DNA of 45,600 bases, from assembly GCA_016202395.1 (NCBI GenBank), contig JACQOV010000038.1, positions 1 to 45,600 of the forward strand, given 5' to 3'. This document shows positions 19,286-29,506 of this stretch, piece after piece. Under the pieces are notes generated by a model, which was given only the letters and a program-made list of their open reading frames with translations, made no database searches and was not told the origin of the DNA. Each line of letters begins with the position of its first letter. Position 1 is the first letter of the stretch. This DNA comes from Deltaproteobacteria bacterium (GTDB lineage Bacteria; JACQOV01). The translations under genes were made by a program, and so were the position numbers.

Positions 19286-20019
19286 AATGACAACTTTCGC
19301 GCAGAATGGAGGAGATCGATCATCTCTCGCACTGCCGTTTGGATTCCTACAAAAACAGCTCGGCTCACGATGCTAAAGCCGATATTGAATTCCTCAATCT
19401 CGGGGATTCGCGCCACGGGGACCACATTATCATAATCTAAGCCGTGTCCCGCATTCACACGCAGCCCCTTTTCCTTGCAGAGCACAACCGCTTGATGAAT
19501 TCGATGGAGTTCCCGTTTTCTCTTGCTCTGAGTTTTAGCCTCGCTATAACGTCCCGTGTTGAGTTCGATGATCTCAATCCCCAGATCGACTGCCGCTCGA
19601 ATCTGTTCTGGATCGGGATCGACAAAAAGGGCCACAGGAATTCTCGCGTTGAAAAGAGGTTGAAGACGACGTCGCAAGATTCGAAGTTGCTTTTGGACGT
19701 TTAAGCCACTCTCTGTTGTGAGCTCTTGACGCCGCTCCGGAACCACGGTGACCAGCGCGGGGCGATGCTGAACAGCCCTTTGAACCATCTCGACTGTGGC
19801 AGCCATCTCGAGGTCTAGTCTTCGAACTTTAGCCGCCAGAAGGGTGATATCACGGTCTTGAATATGGCGTCGATCTTCACGAAGATGAGCCACGATCCCA
19901 TGGGCTCCTGCTCGCTGCGCTTGAAGTGCGGCTTCGATAGGATCCGGTCGGATCCCTTGCCTGGCTTGGCGAACTGTTGCAATATGATCTACATTGACGC
20001 CCAGGCGTGGCAGTCCCAT
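19282..20019 (-). CDS. pdxJ: Pyridoxine 5'-phosphate synthase
   Basis: LGVNVDHIATVRQAR, HLREDRRHI, NAGHGL, NIGFSI. Confidence 0.96.
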   Translation of the reverse strand: MGLPRLGVNVDHIATVRQARQGIRPDPIEAALQAQRAGAHGIVAHLREDRRHIQDRDITLLAAKVRRLDLEMAATVEMVQRAVQHRPALVTVVPERRQELTTESGLNVQKQLRILRRRLQPLFNARIPVALFVDPDPEQIRAAVDLGIEIIELNTGRYSEAKTQSKRKRELHRIHQAVVLCKEKGLRVNAGHGLDYDNVVPVARIPEIEEFNIGFSIVSRAVFVGIQTAVREMIDLLHSARKLSL

Positions 20020-20021
20020 CT

Positions 20022-21377
20022 CTACCCTCCGAGATGCTTTTGGAATGTATCGGCCACCTCTTTGGCGATAGCGTGAATCTCTTCCTCCCTCTCCCCCTCC
20101 ACCAAGATGCGCACGAGCGGCTCTGTCCCTGAAAAACGGACGAAGATCCTTCCCTTTCCCGCCAATCGATCTTGGGCGAACTGGATCGCTTGCTTGATCG
20201 GAATCACCTCATTAAAGTCGCACCTTGTTTTGACAGAAACATTGGTAAGAACTTGCGGCAGGCGAACGAAACCGGAGAGAAGCTCTGAAAGCGGCTTTTG
20301 ACGCTCCGTTAGGATCGCTAAAACTTGAAGGGCCGCAATAATCCCATCGCAGGTGGTATTGTAATCCAGAAAGAGAAAATGGCCTGAAGACTCGGCTCCA
20401 AGATTGCATCCTCGACGAATCATCTCATTCGAAAGATAGCGATCCCCAACACAGCTCCTTAAAACTTGGATGCCATGAGGAGTCAGGGCCAACTCTAACC
20501 CCATGTTACTCATCACGGTTGTCACAACGGTGTTATGATTCAATTCCCCCTTTTTCTGAAGTTCCAACGCGCAAAGCATCAGAACTTCATCCCCTTCATG
20601 AACCCTCCCTTTTTCATCGACAAAAACGACCCGGTCGGCGTCTCCATCCAGGGCAATCCCCACGTGGGCTCCCTCCTCTACCACCCGTCCGGCTAGCCCT
20701 GCTGGAGCCAGAGCTCCGCTTCCTTCATTGATATTTTTTCCATTGGGCTCCACCCCCATCTTAATGACGGTGGCCCCCAATGCTTCAAACACCTGTGGAG
20801 CCACCCGATAGGCCGCTCCATGAGCGCAATCGATAACGACTTTGAGAGACTTTAGATCTCTTCCCGTGGGAAACGTCGATTTGAGAAATGAGACATACTG
20901 CCCCACCGCATCATTCACACGGAATGCCTTCCCAATTTGAGAGGAGGAAACCCTGCGACTCTCCAGATCTCCCTCCATCCACTTCTCAATGGCCTCTTCC
21001 GCTTCATCTGAAAGTTTGAATCCATCCGACTTAAAGAATTTGATTCCATTGTCGTAATAAGGATTATGAGAGGCTGAAATGACAATTCCGCCATCCAGAT
21101 GAAGTTTTCGCGTTAAAAAAGAGACTCCCGAAGTGGGTAATGGCCCTGCCAGATAAACATTATTTCCCATGGAACAGATCCCTGAAGCCAACACTGTTTC
21201 GAAGATATAGCCCGACAGGCGAGTATCCTTCCCAATCACAATCCCTCGACGCGATGGACTCTGTTGGGTGAGGTAAACGGTGGCCGCTTGACCCAGTCGG
21301 AGAATGATTTCGGGCGTCATAGGAGGGGTATTAGCAACCCCTCGCACCCCATCGGTGCCAAATAGCTTACGGCTCAT
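20022..21377 (-). CDS. glmM: Phosphoglucosamine mutase
   Basis: FGTDGVRG, ISASHNP, DGDADR, RFSGTEP. Confidence 0.96.
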   Translation of the reverse strand: MSRKLFGTDGVRGVANTPPMTPEIILRLGQAATVYLTQQSPSRRGIVIGKDTRLSGYIFETVLASGICSMGNNVYLAGPLPTSGVSFLTRKLHLDGGIVISASHNPYYDNGIKFFKSDGFKLSDEAEEAIEKWMEGDLESRRVSSSQIGKAFRVNDAVGQYVSFLKSTFPTGRDLKSLKVVIDCAHGAAYRVAPQVFEALGATVIKMGVEPNGKNINEGSGALAPAGLAGRVVEEGAHVGIALDGDADRVVFVDEKGRVHEGDEVLMLCALELQKKGELNHNTVVTTVMSNMGLELALTPHGIQVLRSCVGDRYLSNEMIRRGCNLGAESSGHFLFLDYNTTCDGIIAALQVLAILTERQKPLSELLSGFVRLPQVLTNVSVKTRCDFNEVIPIKQAIQFAQDRLAGKGRIFVRFSGTEPLVRILVEGEREEEIHAIAKEVADTFQKHLGG

Positions 21378-22047
21378 GTTGCGCCTCCACCGGAATAATC
21401 TCGATGGTCGCCTTCACGGTTCGAGGAGTGACCGATTGTAGAGGAATCCTTGGGATGGAGAGCTCTACCTCCCTCTGGAGGATGCCTGGACTATCCATAA
21501 TGCTAATCGGCTCTGTCGATATCCGATCGATTGGGGAAATCGCGTTCTTGGCTCCACGAAGCACAACCGTTGGAGGAATCGATTCCACACTCCCTAATTG
21601 ATACCCTTCGGGAGGGGTTCCCACCAACTCCACTCGAATAGGAACCTCTTTTAAAACGACATTGTCCAAAACCACCGCAATGTTTGAAGGATTCACTCGA
21701 GTGATATGAACCCCCATCGGGAGTATAAACCGATCAGGCTCAATAACAAACGAGGTTTGTCCTGCCTGCACCCCTGTTAGATCCAATGGATAAATGAGTC
21801 GATCCTCCACTAAATTAAAAAGAACGGTCCTCGGTCCCATCACCCGAACATCGAGGGAATCAACCGGTTCGTTGACCATCATCAAAGAGGAAGGCATATT
21901 ATCAAACCGGAGCGATCCGATCAACCCTAGCTCCATCTTGTGCTGACCCGAGACGAGGAGCCAGAGGAGGACCCCTAACGCCAAGGAGAGGAGTTTTAAC
22001 ACGAGGTTGCCTGAGATCCATTTCGAGGATAAGCCATTTTTAAACAT
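21367..22047 (-). CDS. cdaR: YbbR/CdaR family regulator
   Basis: LKLLSLALGVLLW TM helix and two YbbR-like repeats; between cdaA and glmM. Confidence 0.85.
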   Translation of the reverse strand: MFKNGLSSKWISGNLVLKLLSLALGVLLWLLVSGQHKMELGLIGSLRFDNMPSSLMMVNEPVDSLDVRVMGPRTVLFNLVEDRLIYPLDLTGVQAGQTSFVIEPDRFILPMGVHITRVNPSNIAVVLDNVVLKEVPIRVELVGTPPEGYQLGSVESIPPTVVLRGAKNAISPIDRISTEPISIMDSPGILQREVELSIPRIPLQSVTPRTVKATIEIIPVEAQHEP

Positions 22048-22052
22048 GGTTT

Positions 22053-22820
22053 TTAAGTAACCTCTCTCTTTTTGCTCAGAAAGAGCCCCTGCAAAATCTG
22101 TCTTAAGGAGTTGGCATCCAGATCTCGAGTGATTTTCCCGCCGGTGACCAAAGAGATGCTTCCCCCCTCTTCAGAGATCACAACAACCACCGCATCCGTC
22201 TCCTCCGTCAAACCAATGGCCGCTCGATGACGGGTTCCCAGGTCTCGATCCACATCGGGGCTCCCACTGAGAGGAAGAAAGCAGCCGGCCGCCGTGATTC
22301 GTCCTCTTTGGATAATAATCGCTCCATCGTGGAGCGGAGAGGTGGGCTGAAAAACAGAGACAATCATCTCTCGAGAGACCTTGGCATCCAGGGTAGTGCC
22401 GATCTCGAGGTATTCGTTCAAGCCAATCTCCCGTTCTAAAACAATCAGTCCACCGATTCGTCTTGAACAAAGGCTCACACAAGCCTTCACGATATTCTCG
22501 ATATGTTCAACCTCTTCAATGGCCCCACCTCGAGAGAAGAAAGGAGTTTTCCCGAAACGGGCAAGCCCCCGTCGGATATCTTGTTGAAAGAGAATAATGG
22601 CCACTAGAACCACAGAACTCAAGAAATTATTGAGGATCCAGTGTAGGGTCACCAATCCCAAACGTTCCGAAAGGATGAAGGTCCCAAACAAAAAAACAAG
22701 CCCCAACAAAACTTGAACCGCCCGCGTTCCACGAATCAAGAGAAGAATCTGATAGATCAAGAAAGAAACGATCGCCACATCGACAATGGCAACCGCCCAA
22801 TGGAATAAGTAGGAAGTCAT
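22053..22820 (-). CDS. cdaA: Diadenylate cyclase
   Basis: Three TM helices, FQQDIR, PLHDGA, GTRHRAA. Confidence 0.95.
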   Translation of the reverse strand: MTSYLFHWAVAIVDVAIVSFLIYQILLLIRGTRAVQVLLGLVFLFGTFILSERLGLVTLHWILNNFLSSVVLVAIILFQQDIRRGLARFGKTPFFSRGGAIEEVEHIENIVKACVSLCSRRIGGLIVLEREIGLNEYLEIGTTLDAKVSREMIVSVFQPTSPLHDGAIIIQRGRITAAGCFLPLSGSPDVDRDLGTRHRAAIGLTEETDAVVVVISEEGGSISLVTGGKITRDLDANSLRQILQGLFLSKKREVT

Positions 22821-23608
22821 ACGTGGACCGCCCTTTTTAAAATGGCTTCAAAAACGGTTAGAAACCTCTTCGTCGCCGCCACATCATGAACGCGAACGAT
22901 CTGAGCTCCTTTATAAACGGAAATAGCAACGGCCGCAAGTGTTCCTTCCAGTCTGTTTTCGTTTTCGCTTTTCAAAATTTCACCGATAAAAGATTTCCGC
23001 GAAGGTCCCACCAGCAGAGGATATCCCAGCGAGATGAATCGATCTAATCCATCCAGCAACTCCAGATTGTGTTCTAGCCGTTTTGCAAATCCCAATCCGG
23101 GATCCAACCAGATACGCTCTCGACCCACCCCTGCCTCTTCTAACCTTTGGAGTGAATCGGTAAAGAATTGATACACCTCTTGAACAACCGAGGAGTAACA
23201 CGCCTCGCTGCGCATCGTCTCCGGGGTTCCACGACTATGCATCAGGACAAAATAGCAAGGGGCTTTCCTAATCAAAGAGAGCATCTGGGGATCGTACCGC
23301 AATCCACTCACATCGTTGACGATCTCTGCTCCAGCTTCCAAAGCTTTCCTTGCAACGGCCGCTTTCCGAGTGTCGACAGAGAGTGGAATGGGACAACTCC
23401 TCGCAAGGGCCTCAACGACAGGAATCACTCTTCGAATCTCCTCTTCCTCAGAAATCGCTTTAGCCCCAGGGCGCGTCGATTCCCCTCCAACATCCAGGAT
23501 ATCCGCCCCCTCCTCTACCAGTTTCTGACCATAAGCCACCGCTCTCTGCGGATCGGAATCGATTCCATCCCCCGAGAAAGAGTCTGGGGTCACGTTTAAA
23601 ATCCCCAT
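22817..23608 (-). CDS. folP: Dihydropteroate synthase
   Basis: MGILNVTPDSFS, GGESTRPG, DPGLGFAK, SRKSF, VRVHDV. Confidence 0.96.
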   Translation of the reverse strand: MGILNVTPDSFSGDGIDSDPQRAVAYGQKLVEEGADILDVGGESTRPGAKAISEEEEIRRVIPVVEALARSCPIPLSVDTRKAAVARKALEAGAEIVNDVSGLRYDPQMLSLIRKAPCYFVLMHSRGTPETMRSEACYSSVVQEVYQFFTDSLQRLEEAGVGRERIWLDPGLGFAKRLEHNLELLDGLDRFISLGYPLLVGPSRKSFIGEILKSENENRLEGTLAAVAISVYKGAQIVRVHDVAATKRFLTVFEAILKRAVHV

Positions 23609-23631
23609 GACATGAACATGATGGTCTAAGT

Positions 23632-26600
23632 TTAGAGTGACTGCACTACCCCCGCTTGGCGAAGGATTTGATCGATCTCGCTTCCTTCAATCACTTCACG
23701 CTCTAACAAAACTTCGGCAAGTTTGTCTAAGGCTTTTCGAAAATCTTGTATCGTCTTTTTTGCTCGTTCGTACTCTTCGTGGACAATTCTACGGATCTCA
23801 TGATCAATCTGCTGAGCGGTAGATTCACTGTAATCTTTGTGGGTTGACAACTCTTTTCCTAAGAAGATTGCCTCCTCTTTTTTCCCAAAAGCCAAAGGCC
23901 CAATGGCAGGACTCATCCCCCACTCGCAAACCATTTTTCGAGCCAATTCCGTCGCCTTTTCAATATCGTTTCCCGCCCCCGTCGTTCGAGTGCTAAAAAC
24001 AACCTCCTCTGCAGCCCGTCCTCCCATCAACACCGCAATACTATTGCGGGCAGCCTCTTCGGTCATCGTGTATCTGTCCTCCTCGGGAAGCTGCTGAGTG
24101 ACCCCTAACGCCATCCCTCGAGGGATAATCGACACCTTGTGAACCGGATCGGTCCCCGGAATCATTTTGGCAACGAGGGTGTGCCCTGCCTCATGAACCG
24201 CGGTGGTCCTTTTCTCCTTTTCACTAATGATCATGCTTTTTCGCTCTGCCCCCATTAAGACCTTGTCCTTGGCCTTCTCAAAATCGCTCATCCCGATGGC
24301 ATCCTTATTGCCACGGGCTGCAAGGAGCGCCGCTTCGTTGACAAGATTTTCTAGATCCGCTCCCGTAAACCCCGGCGTCCCTTTAGCAATAATAGCCAGC
24401 GAGACCTCCGGGCTCAATGTTGTTTTTCCGCTGTGGACTTTGAGGATCTCTTCACGCCCTCGAACATCGGGTCGGGGGACCACCACCTGCCGGTCAAATC
24501 TGCCGGGTCGAAGAAGAGCGGGATCCAACACATCTGGCCGATTGGTCGCCGCAATTAAGATAACCCCCGCTTTGGACTCGAACCCGTCCATCTCGACCAG
24601 AAGTTGATTGAGCGTCTGTTCCCGTTCATCGTGTCCCCCTCCAAGCCCTGCTCCACGATGACGCCCCACGGCATCAATCTCATCAATAAAAATAATGCAA
24701 GGAGCATTCTTCTTCCCTTGGATGAAGAGATCCCTTACCCGGCTGTTGTGTAGTAGAACCGGTTTTTCACCACCGAAAAATGCTTCATTTTCACAACCAC
24801 ACAGATCATAAACATAACCATCGAACGGCTTGACAAGAACCTCACGAACAATCGGTTTCTTACCTTGATCTGGCAGTTGCATGTGGCGCACCCCTACTTT
24901 GATTCCATGCATCGCTGCAAGCCAAGTCAACTCTAAGATCAATGGGTGACTGACCGAGGTCATACTGAGCTTTCCTTCAGGGGTCGTATAACCATCGCCA
25001 CGCGCGTAACCTTCAAGATAGGCCTCAAAATACTCTCGAGGCAGATCCCAAAGCCATCCCGGAACGTGTTTACTATGACTCCCCGTGCCGCAGTGTTTAG
25101 CGAAGAACCGACCGAGTGGCGCTGAATAGAAGATGATTTTCGTGCTGTTATCCACTGTGTGCTTAACCTTCGGCTGAATGCCAAACAGACGTTCCCCGAT
25201 TGCAACGCAGTCGGAATGTAAATCCGTTTCATGTCTTCCAAAGGTAAACTCCAGACATCCATTCTCTCGTCCCTCTGCTGTGTAATAACCAAAGAGCTTC
25301 ATCAAATCAGGGGTCACAGAGATACGTTCTGGTAGAACCGTATCCGTATAGTTAGGCGACAAAGCACGTGGCTGATGTTTCCCAGTCTGCCAATGACCTA
25401 CTGTTGCCTGGGAAACACCCACAACGGCGGCAATAGCCGCTTGACTCATCATCCCTTGTTGAGCCATCGCAAACGCGTATTCCGCTTCTGTTTCTTCCTG
25501 ATGTTCGTAGATGTCAAGAAAAAGAGGTTCTACAAGAGGAGCAAACTCATGCGCCCGAACGGTATGGGGCGTGCCGTGCTCAGCCAAATACTCACCGCGC
25601 ACTTTGAGTGGGAGATTCACCAACACGTCACCGGATTTCAAATCGCACGCTGCAACGGGTTTAATGCCATTCCGCGTGCGGATAAAGAGACTATGATCAA
25701 CGGTGGTGCGAACGATACCACCGAGATAGTGAATCTCACAGATTTCCGTTATCCGATGGCGATAGACCCCCTGGACTTGTTTCCAGGCGCTTCCTTTCAC
25801 AAAAAGTTTTGGAGAACCCTTAAATTTGGAGTCACGTTCCTCAAAACCAAGGGTTTCTACGTCACTGACCGAAACCATGAATCCCTCTTCTTCCTCTTCA
25901 TAATAACGATCCACAAACTCGCCAACAGGGATCAGTTGTGTCTCTCCATTCGTGCGTATCAAAATAGGTGTATCACCGGTCACCGACGCTCCCACACCTA
26001 CAAACATCTCCACAAAATCAGAGCCGCTAATGCTAAAGAACGGGACGCCAGCCTCCCCCGCAATGGCTTTCGCCAGGAGGGTTTTGCCGGTCCCTGGAGA
26101 ACCCACAAGGAGAACCCCTTTTGGGATTCTTCCCCCGAGTCGCGTGTATTTTTTGGGATCCTTTAAAAAACCGATGATCTCTTCCAACTCCGCTTTGGCC
26201 TCTTCAATCCCCGCCACATCCTTAAAAGTGACCTTCGAGGACTGTTCCGTAAGAAGGTGGGCGCGGCTCTTGCCAAAACTCATCGCTTTCCCTCCCCCCA
26301 TCTGCATCTGCCGCATGAAAAAAACCCACACACCCACCAACAAAAGAATTGGGACTAAAGAGAAGAGGAGCTGTTTCCACCACGGATCTTGGGCCTCCGG
26401 CTTGGCTGTGATGGCCACCCCTTTCTCACGAAGGATTGTAATCAGCGCAGGATCTTCAGGAGAAAAGGTTTTAAAGCTTTGCCCGTCTTGGTAGGTCCCC
26501 GTGATCTGGCTGCCCTGGATCGTCACCTCTTGAACCTGATCCATCTGGACGGACTGGACGAAATCGCTAAATTTGACCTCTTTGTCATTCGATCGAGGCG

Positions 26601-26682
26601 CGTTGAACACCTGATGAACCAAAGTGAACAATAGCAGTATGAAAAGGATCCAGAGTGTTAGACTTCGTAACCCCGAGTTCAT
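23632..26682 (-). CDS. ftsH: ATP-dependent zinc metalloprotease FtsH, intein-containing precursor (602 aa after splicing)
   Basis: Two TM helices, [25 protein letters not shown] split by a 414-aa insert, IFIDEID, RPGRFD, HEAGH. Confidence 0.97.
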   Translation of the reverse strand: MNSGLRSLTLWILFILLLFTLVHQVFNAPRSNDKEVKFSDFVQSVQMDQVQEVTIQGSQITGTYQDGQSFKTFSPEDPALITILREKGVAITAKPEAQDPWWKQLLFSLVPILLLVGVWVFFMRQMQMGGGKAMSFGKSRAHLLTEQSSKVTFKDVAGIEEAKAELEEIIGFLKDPKKYTRLGGRIPKGVLLVGSPGTGKTLLAKAIAGEAGVPFFSISGSDFVEMFVGVGASVTGDTPILIRTNGETQLIPVGEFVDRYYEEEEEGFMVSVSDVETLGFEERDSKFKGSPKLFVKGSAWKQVQGVYRHRITEICEIHYLGGIVRTTVDHSLFIRTRNGIKPVAACDLKSGDVLVNLPLKVRGEYLAEHGTPHTVRAHEFAPLVEPLFLDIYEHQEETEAEYAFAMAQQGMMSQAAIAAVVGVSQATVGHWQTGKHQPRALSPNYTDTVLPERISVTPDLMKLFGYYTAEGRENGCLEFTFGRHETDLHSDCVAIGERLFGIQPKVKHTVDNSTKIIFYSAPLGRFFAKHCGTGSHSKHVPGWLWDLPREYFEAYLEGYARGDGYTTPEGKLSMTSVSHPLILELTWLAAMHGIKVGVRHMQLPDQGKKPIVREVLVKPFDGYVYDLCGCENEAFFGGEKPVLLHNSRVRDLFIQGKKNAPCIIFIDEIDAVGRHRGAGLGGGHDEREQTLNQLLVEMDGFESKAGVILIAATNRPDVLDPALLRPGRFDRQVVVPRPDVRGREEILKVHSGKTTLSPEVSLAIIAKGTPGFTGADLENLVNEAALLAARGNKDAIGMSDFEKAKDKVLMGAERKSMIISEKEKRTTAVHEAGHTLVAKMIPGTDPVHKVSIIPRGMALGVTQQLPEEDRYTMTEEAARNSIAVLMGGRAAEEVVFSTRTTGAGNDIEKATELARKMVCEWGMSPAIGPLAFGKKEEAIFLGKELSTHKDYSESTAQQIDHEIRRIVHEEYERAKKTIQDFRKALDKLAEVLLEREVIEGSEIDQILRQAGVVQSL
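24745..25986 (-). mobile_element. Intein (414 aa) with HTH and LAGLIDADG homing endonuclease domains
   Basis: Block [11 protein letters not shown], block [18 protein letters not shown]-like LFGYYTAEG and [10 protein letters not shown], block F VYDL, terminal LLHN followed by Ser+1; removal restores GVGASRVRDLF. Confidence 0.95.
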
Positions 26683-26707
26683 GGTAGCTCCTTAGCCATA
26701 AGGTATC

Positions 26708-26736
26708 AATATAACATCTGTTTTTAATCACCACAA
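26708..26736 (-). promoter_or_regulatory. Putative ftsH promoter
   Basis: TTGTGG-17 bp-TATATT with extended -10 TG; AAGGAG Shine-Dalgarno before the ATG. Confidence 0.4.
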
Positions 26737-26741
26737 GCTCA

Positions 26742-27323
26742 TTAGGAATGGGAGGGGGCCTCTCGAATCTCTTTTAAGGAGTGCGCAACATACTGTCCCG
26801 CAGAGTAAAGAGAAAACCCAATAGTCACCACCAACAATGAGGGAATAGAGCGGGCCATCTTTTTCCAAAAATGGGAGTGGGTCCCAAGTTCGAACAACGT
26901 CAACAAAACCACGCCGAATGCAAAAACGGTTGCTGTTTTTCCAATAAAGGTGGGCGAGATCTCACGACATGCTGTTTTTGAAAAGAGGACGAAGGTTCCA
27001 ATGGCTATAACCCCATCCCGACTCAATAGAATGGCCGTAAACCATAATGGAATCTCCCCCATGAGGGTCAACCCTATCAAAAATGAAACGACAAGAAGTT
27101 TATCGGCTAACGGATCGAGAAAGGTCCCTAAGGGGGTGCGTTGATTGAGATATCGAGCGAGAAAACCATCCAATCCGTCGGTCACGGAGCAGATTAAGAA
27201 TAACCACAGGGCAAGCGCGTACTCCTTTTGAAGAAGAAAAACGAGGGCCGGAACAGTGAGAAGGATTCGCGCTAACGTAACCGTATTGGGAATGTTGAAT
27301 GGCCAACGCAAACTAGAACTCAT
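26742..27323 (-). CDS. CDP-alcohol phosphatidyltransferase (PgsA-like)
   Basis: NIPNTVTLAR, TDGLDGFLAR...GTFLDPLADK signature. Confidence 0.92.
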   Translation of the reverse strand: MSSSLRWPFNIPNTVTLARILLTVPALVFLLQKEYALALWLFLICSVTDGLDGFLARYLNQRTPLGTFLDPLADKLLVVSFLIGLTLMGEIPLWFTAILLSRDGVIAIGTFVLFSKTACREISPTFIGKTATVFAFGVVLLTLFELGTHSHFWKKMARSIPSLLVVTIGFSLYSAGQYVAHSLKEIREAPSHS

Positions 27324-27331
27324 TTCAAACT

Positions 27332-27658
27332 TTATTCCTTTGTAAGGGTTGCTTCGACCCTCTGTAACACCCGGTTTCCAACGTAGACCTCTTTGCGATA
27401 GCTTTGATACCCCTTTTTCCTCAACTCAATGACGTGGCTTCCATTGCTGAGAGTGAGAGGATTCGATTCAGAATCAAATTTAGAGGCTTTGCCAACCTTG
27501 TTCCCATCCACGTAAACCCAGGCGTTAGAAGGTTCGCAAAGAATCACCACTTTGCCTTCGTTTCCCAGACCGGAGACCGTTGTCTTTGGCATCGTGCTGC
27601 ATTGCGCTGCCAGAAGGCCAATGCCAACTATTAAGAAAAAAAGCAAAATCCTTTTCAT
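27332..27658 (-). CDS. PEGA-domain lipoprotein
   Basis: Lipobox LAAQC; EPSNAWVYVDG, GSHVIELRKKGY; GGAGG Shine-Dalgarno. Confidence 0.8.
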   Translation of the reverse strand: MKRILLFFLIVGIGLLAAQCSTMPKTTVSGLGNEGKVVILCEPSNAWVYVDGNKVGKASKFDSESNPLTLSNGSHVIELRKKGYQSYRKEVYVGNRVLQRVEATLTKE

Positions 27659-27670
27659 ATTTCTTCCTCC

Positions 27671-28603
27671 TCAAATGTTGTTTTCAGTCCGTTGCACAGC
27701 ATCCCCGCGTGAAAAGCCGTTGCCTGATACGATCTGGGCAATGGCCCCATCGGCTCCAAAGTGCTCTTTTACTTCGATCACCCCTTTTTCCGCCCCGAGC
27801 GATTCTCCAATGGCAATGCCGGTGTCGGGATCGACAATCTCCTCCCCTTTCCCTCGAACCCGCAATCGATCCCCAATCTGAAGGCCGGTCTCTTTCCCCG
27901 CGTTGACATAAATTTTGTCCCCCTGAATAGAAGCGATCTTTCCCCTCCACTCGACCGATTCGAGTTGCCCCACGATCCCACTCATCAACTGAGTGATGGC
28001 CGCCCGAAGGGCCTTTCCCGGCAATGTTTCATCAAACCCTTTTTGGCTTCCTAAACCCAAGAACTGCTCCGATCCCACGTCGACCTTCCCCATCCCTGAT
28101 TCCGCTAAAAGGATCTGGCCTGTGCTCACATCGATCACTCGGACATCGACCATACACTCTGCGGTCTGTTTCTTGCTTCGATAGAGGCCTAGGTTTTGCC
28201 CCTCAATCTTAGTGCCAAACTGAGAGATGGCCCCGGTCAGGATAGCATTCAGTCCTAAAACCCTTCCCGTTTTTGCGGCCGTTGCCTCGTCGACAACGCC
28301 GGATAACGCCAGCCCCTGCTCGTCCAAAAGTTTTTCTAACTTTGCCCGCTCAACTACAATGAACCGATTGGATTTGACGAGTTCTGTGGTTAAGATATCG
28401 GCCGCTCCCTTCCCTAGACGGTCGGCTCCAAAGTCCGATTTGTTCACAAAATCGACCACAGCCACCCGTTTTTTAGGGCCATGAGTTTGTAGTGGGGCTG
28501 CCGTTTGCTCCACCGCAGGCCCTGAGGCACATCCTGCAAACACTCCGACGAGACCAACGAAGCAGATGGACTTTTTAAGCAGCCTACGCATCAGCCTACT
28601 CAT
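27671..28603 (-). CDS. CsgG/HfaB-family lipoprotein with C-terminal FlgT-C-like beta-barrel
   Basis: Lipobox FAGC; KRVAVVDF, FIVVER..LEKLLDEQ, GAISQFG, VDVRVIDVSTG; C-terminal IYVNAG...GD.L.V...IVDPDTG..IG. Confidence 0.8.
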   Translation of the reverse strand: MSRLMRRLLKKSICFVGLVGVFAGCASGPAVEQTAAPLQTHGPKKRVAVVDFVNKSDFGADRLGKGAADILTTELVKSNRFIVVERAKLEKLLDEQGLALSGVVDEATAAKTGRVLGLNAILTGAISQFGTKIEGQNLGLYRSKKQTAECMVDVRVIDVSTGQILLAESGMGKVDVGSEQFLGLGSQKGFDETLPGKALRAAITQLMSGIVGQLESVEWRGKIASIQGDKIYVNAGKETGLQIGDRLRVRGKGEEIVDPDTGIAIGESLGAEKGVIEVKEHFGADGAIAQIVSGNGFSRGDAVQRTENNI

Positions 28604-29489
28604 CTTTATCTCCCTCCATCACCGTCACCACATCCCCCACTTGCGCCTGCCCCCCATCTTTGATCTTGGCCATCGCGCAATCTTTTCCACAATATTCCGT
28701 CACTTCAGCAACCGCTTTTTGGGGGCCGATCGCCTCACCCATCTCTAAACCGGTGTCCGGATCGATAATCGCCTCCCCTTTCCCTCGCACCTGAAGGACA
28801 ATCCCTTTTATTAAACCGGCCTTTTCACCAGCGTTGATATAGAGCATCCCCTCCCGAATTGCGGCCACCCTCCCTCGCCACGTGAGGGTCTCCATCTGTC
28901 CAATGACGTTGTTAATCACCTGCGTGAGCGCAGCTCGAAGGCATTTTCCGGCAAGCGTTTCATCGTAGCCCGCTCTTCCGGACAAGAAATGTTTGGACTC
29001 CACCTCCACTTGCCCTACCCCTGAATCGGCGTAAACGATCTCCCCCGTGGTGGTATCGACCACTCGAACATCGGCAGCGCATTCTACCAGTGTAACTTTC
29101 TTCTTGAAGAGATGTTTGGACTCTTTTTTGGCCTCTCCAAACTCCGAGATCGATCCTGTCACAATCGCTTGAGCCCCCAGGACGCGGCCTGTTTTTGCAG
29201 CGGTCGTTTCATCGAGAACTCCACTCAATCCCAATTTTTGCTCCTCTAAAAGTTTATCGAGAGCCTCTCTCTCCACAACGATGAAGCGTTTTGCTTTGAC
29301 AAGCTCCGTCGTTAAAATATCGGAGGCCGCTCGCCCTAATTTTTCCTGACCGTAAGCAGTCTTGTTCTCAAAATCGACAATAGCGACCCTTTTCTTAGGA
29401 CCTTGGGTCTCCAAAGCCAGGACAATCCCCCAGACAATCCCAAAGATCCCTAAAAACAATCCAACGAGAATGATTTGTTGGGTTCTCAT
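28596..29489 (-). CDS. Second CsgG/HfaB-family protein with FlgT-C-like domain
   Basis: Clear paralog of 27671-28603 (GPKKRVA.VDF.NK, DILTTELVK, YDETLAGK, IIDPDTG); hydrophobic N-terminus without lipobox Cys. Confidence 0.8.
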   Translation of the reverse strand: MRTQQIILVGLFLGIFGIVWGIVLALETQGPKKRVAIVDFENKTAYGQEKLGRAASDILTTELVKAKRFIVVEREALDKLLEEQKLGLSGVLDETTAAKTGRVLGAQAIVTGSISEFGEAKKESKHLFKKKVTLVECAADVRVVDTTTGEIVYADSGVGQVEVESKHFLSGRAGYDETLAGKCLRAALTQVINNVIGQMETLTWRGRVAAIREGMLYINAGEKAGLIKGIVLQVRGKGEAIIDPDTGLEMGEAIGPQKAVAEVTEYCGKDCAMAKIKDGGQAQVGDVVTVMEGDKDE

Positions 29490-29506
29490 CGTTTTCCTCC
29501 TGTCTC

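Noticed and set aside
23609-23640. FolP-like residues (LNLDHHVHV) upstream of ATG 23608, suggesting a frameshift or ftsH fusion
   Set aside because: No upstream start or slippery site seen; a start at MGILN retains all catalytic motifs.
25375-26166. 263-aa ORF antisense to the intein/ftsH
   Set aside because: Spans the intein-extein boundary with no recognisable domain; likely a shadow ORF.
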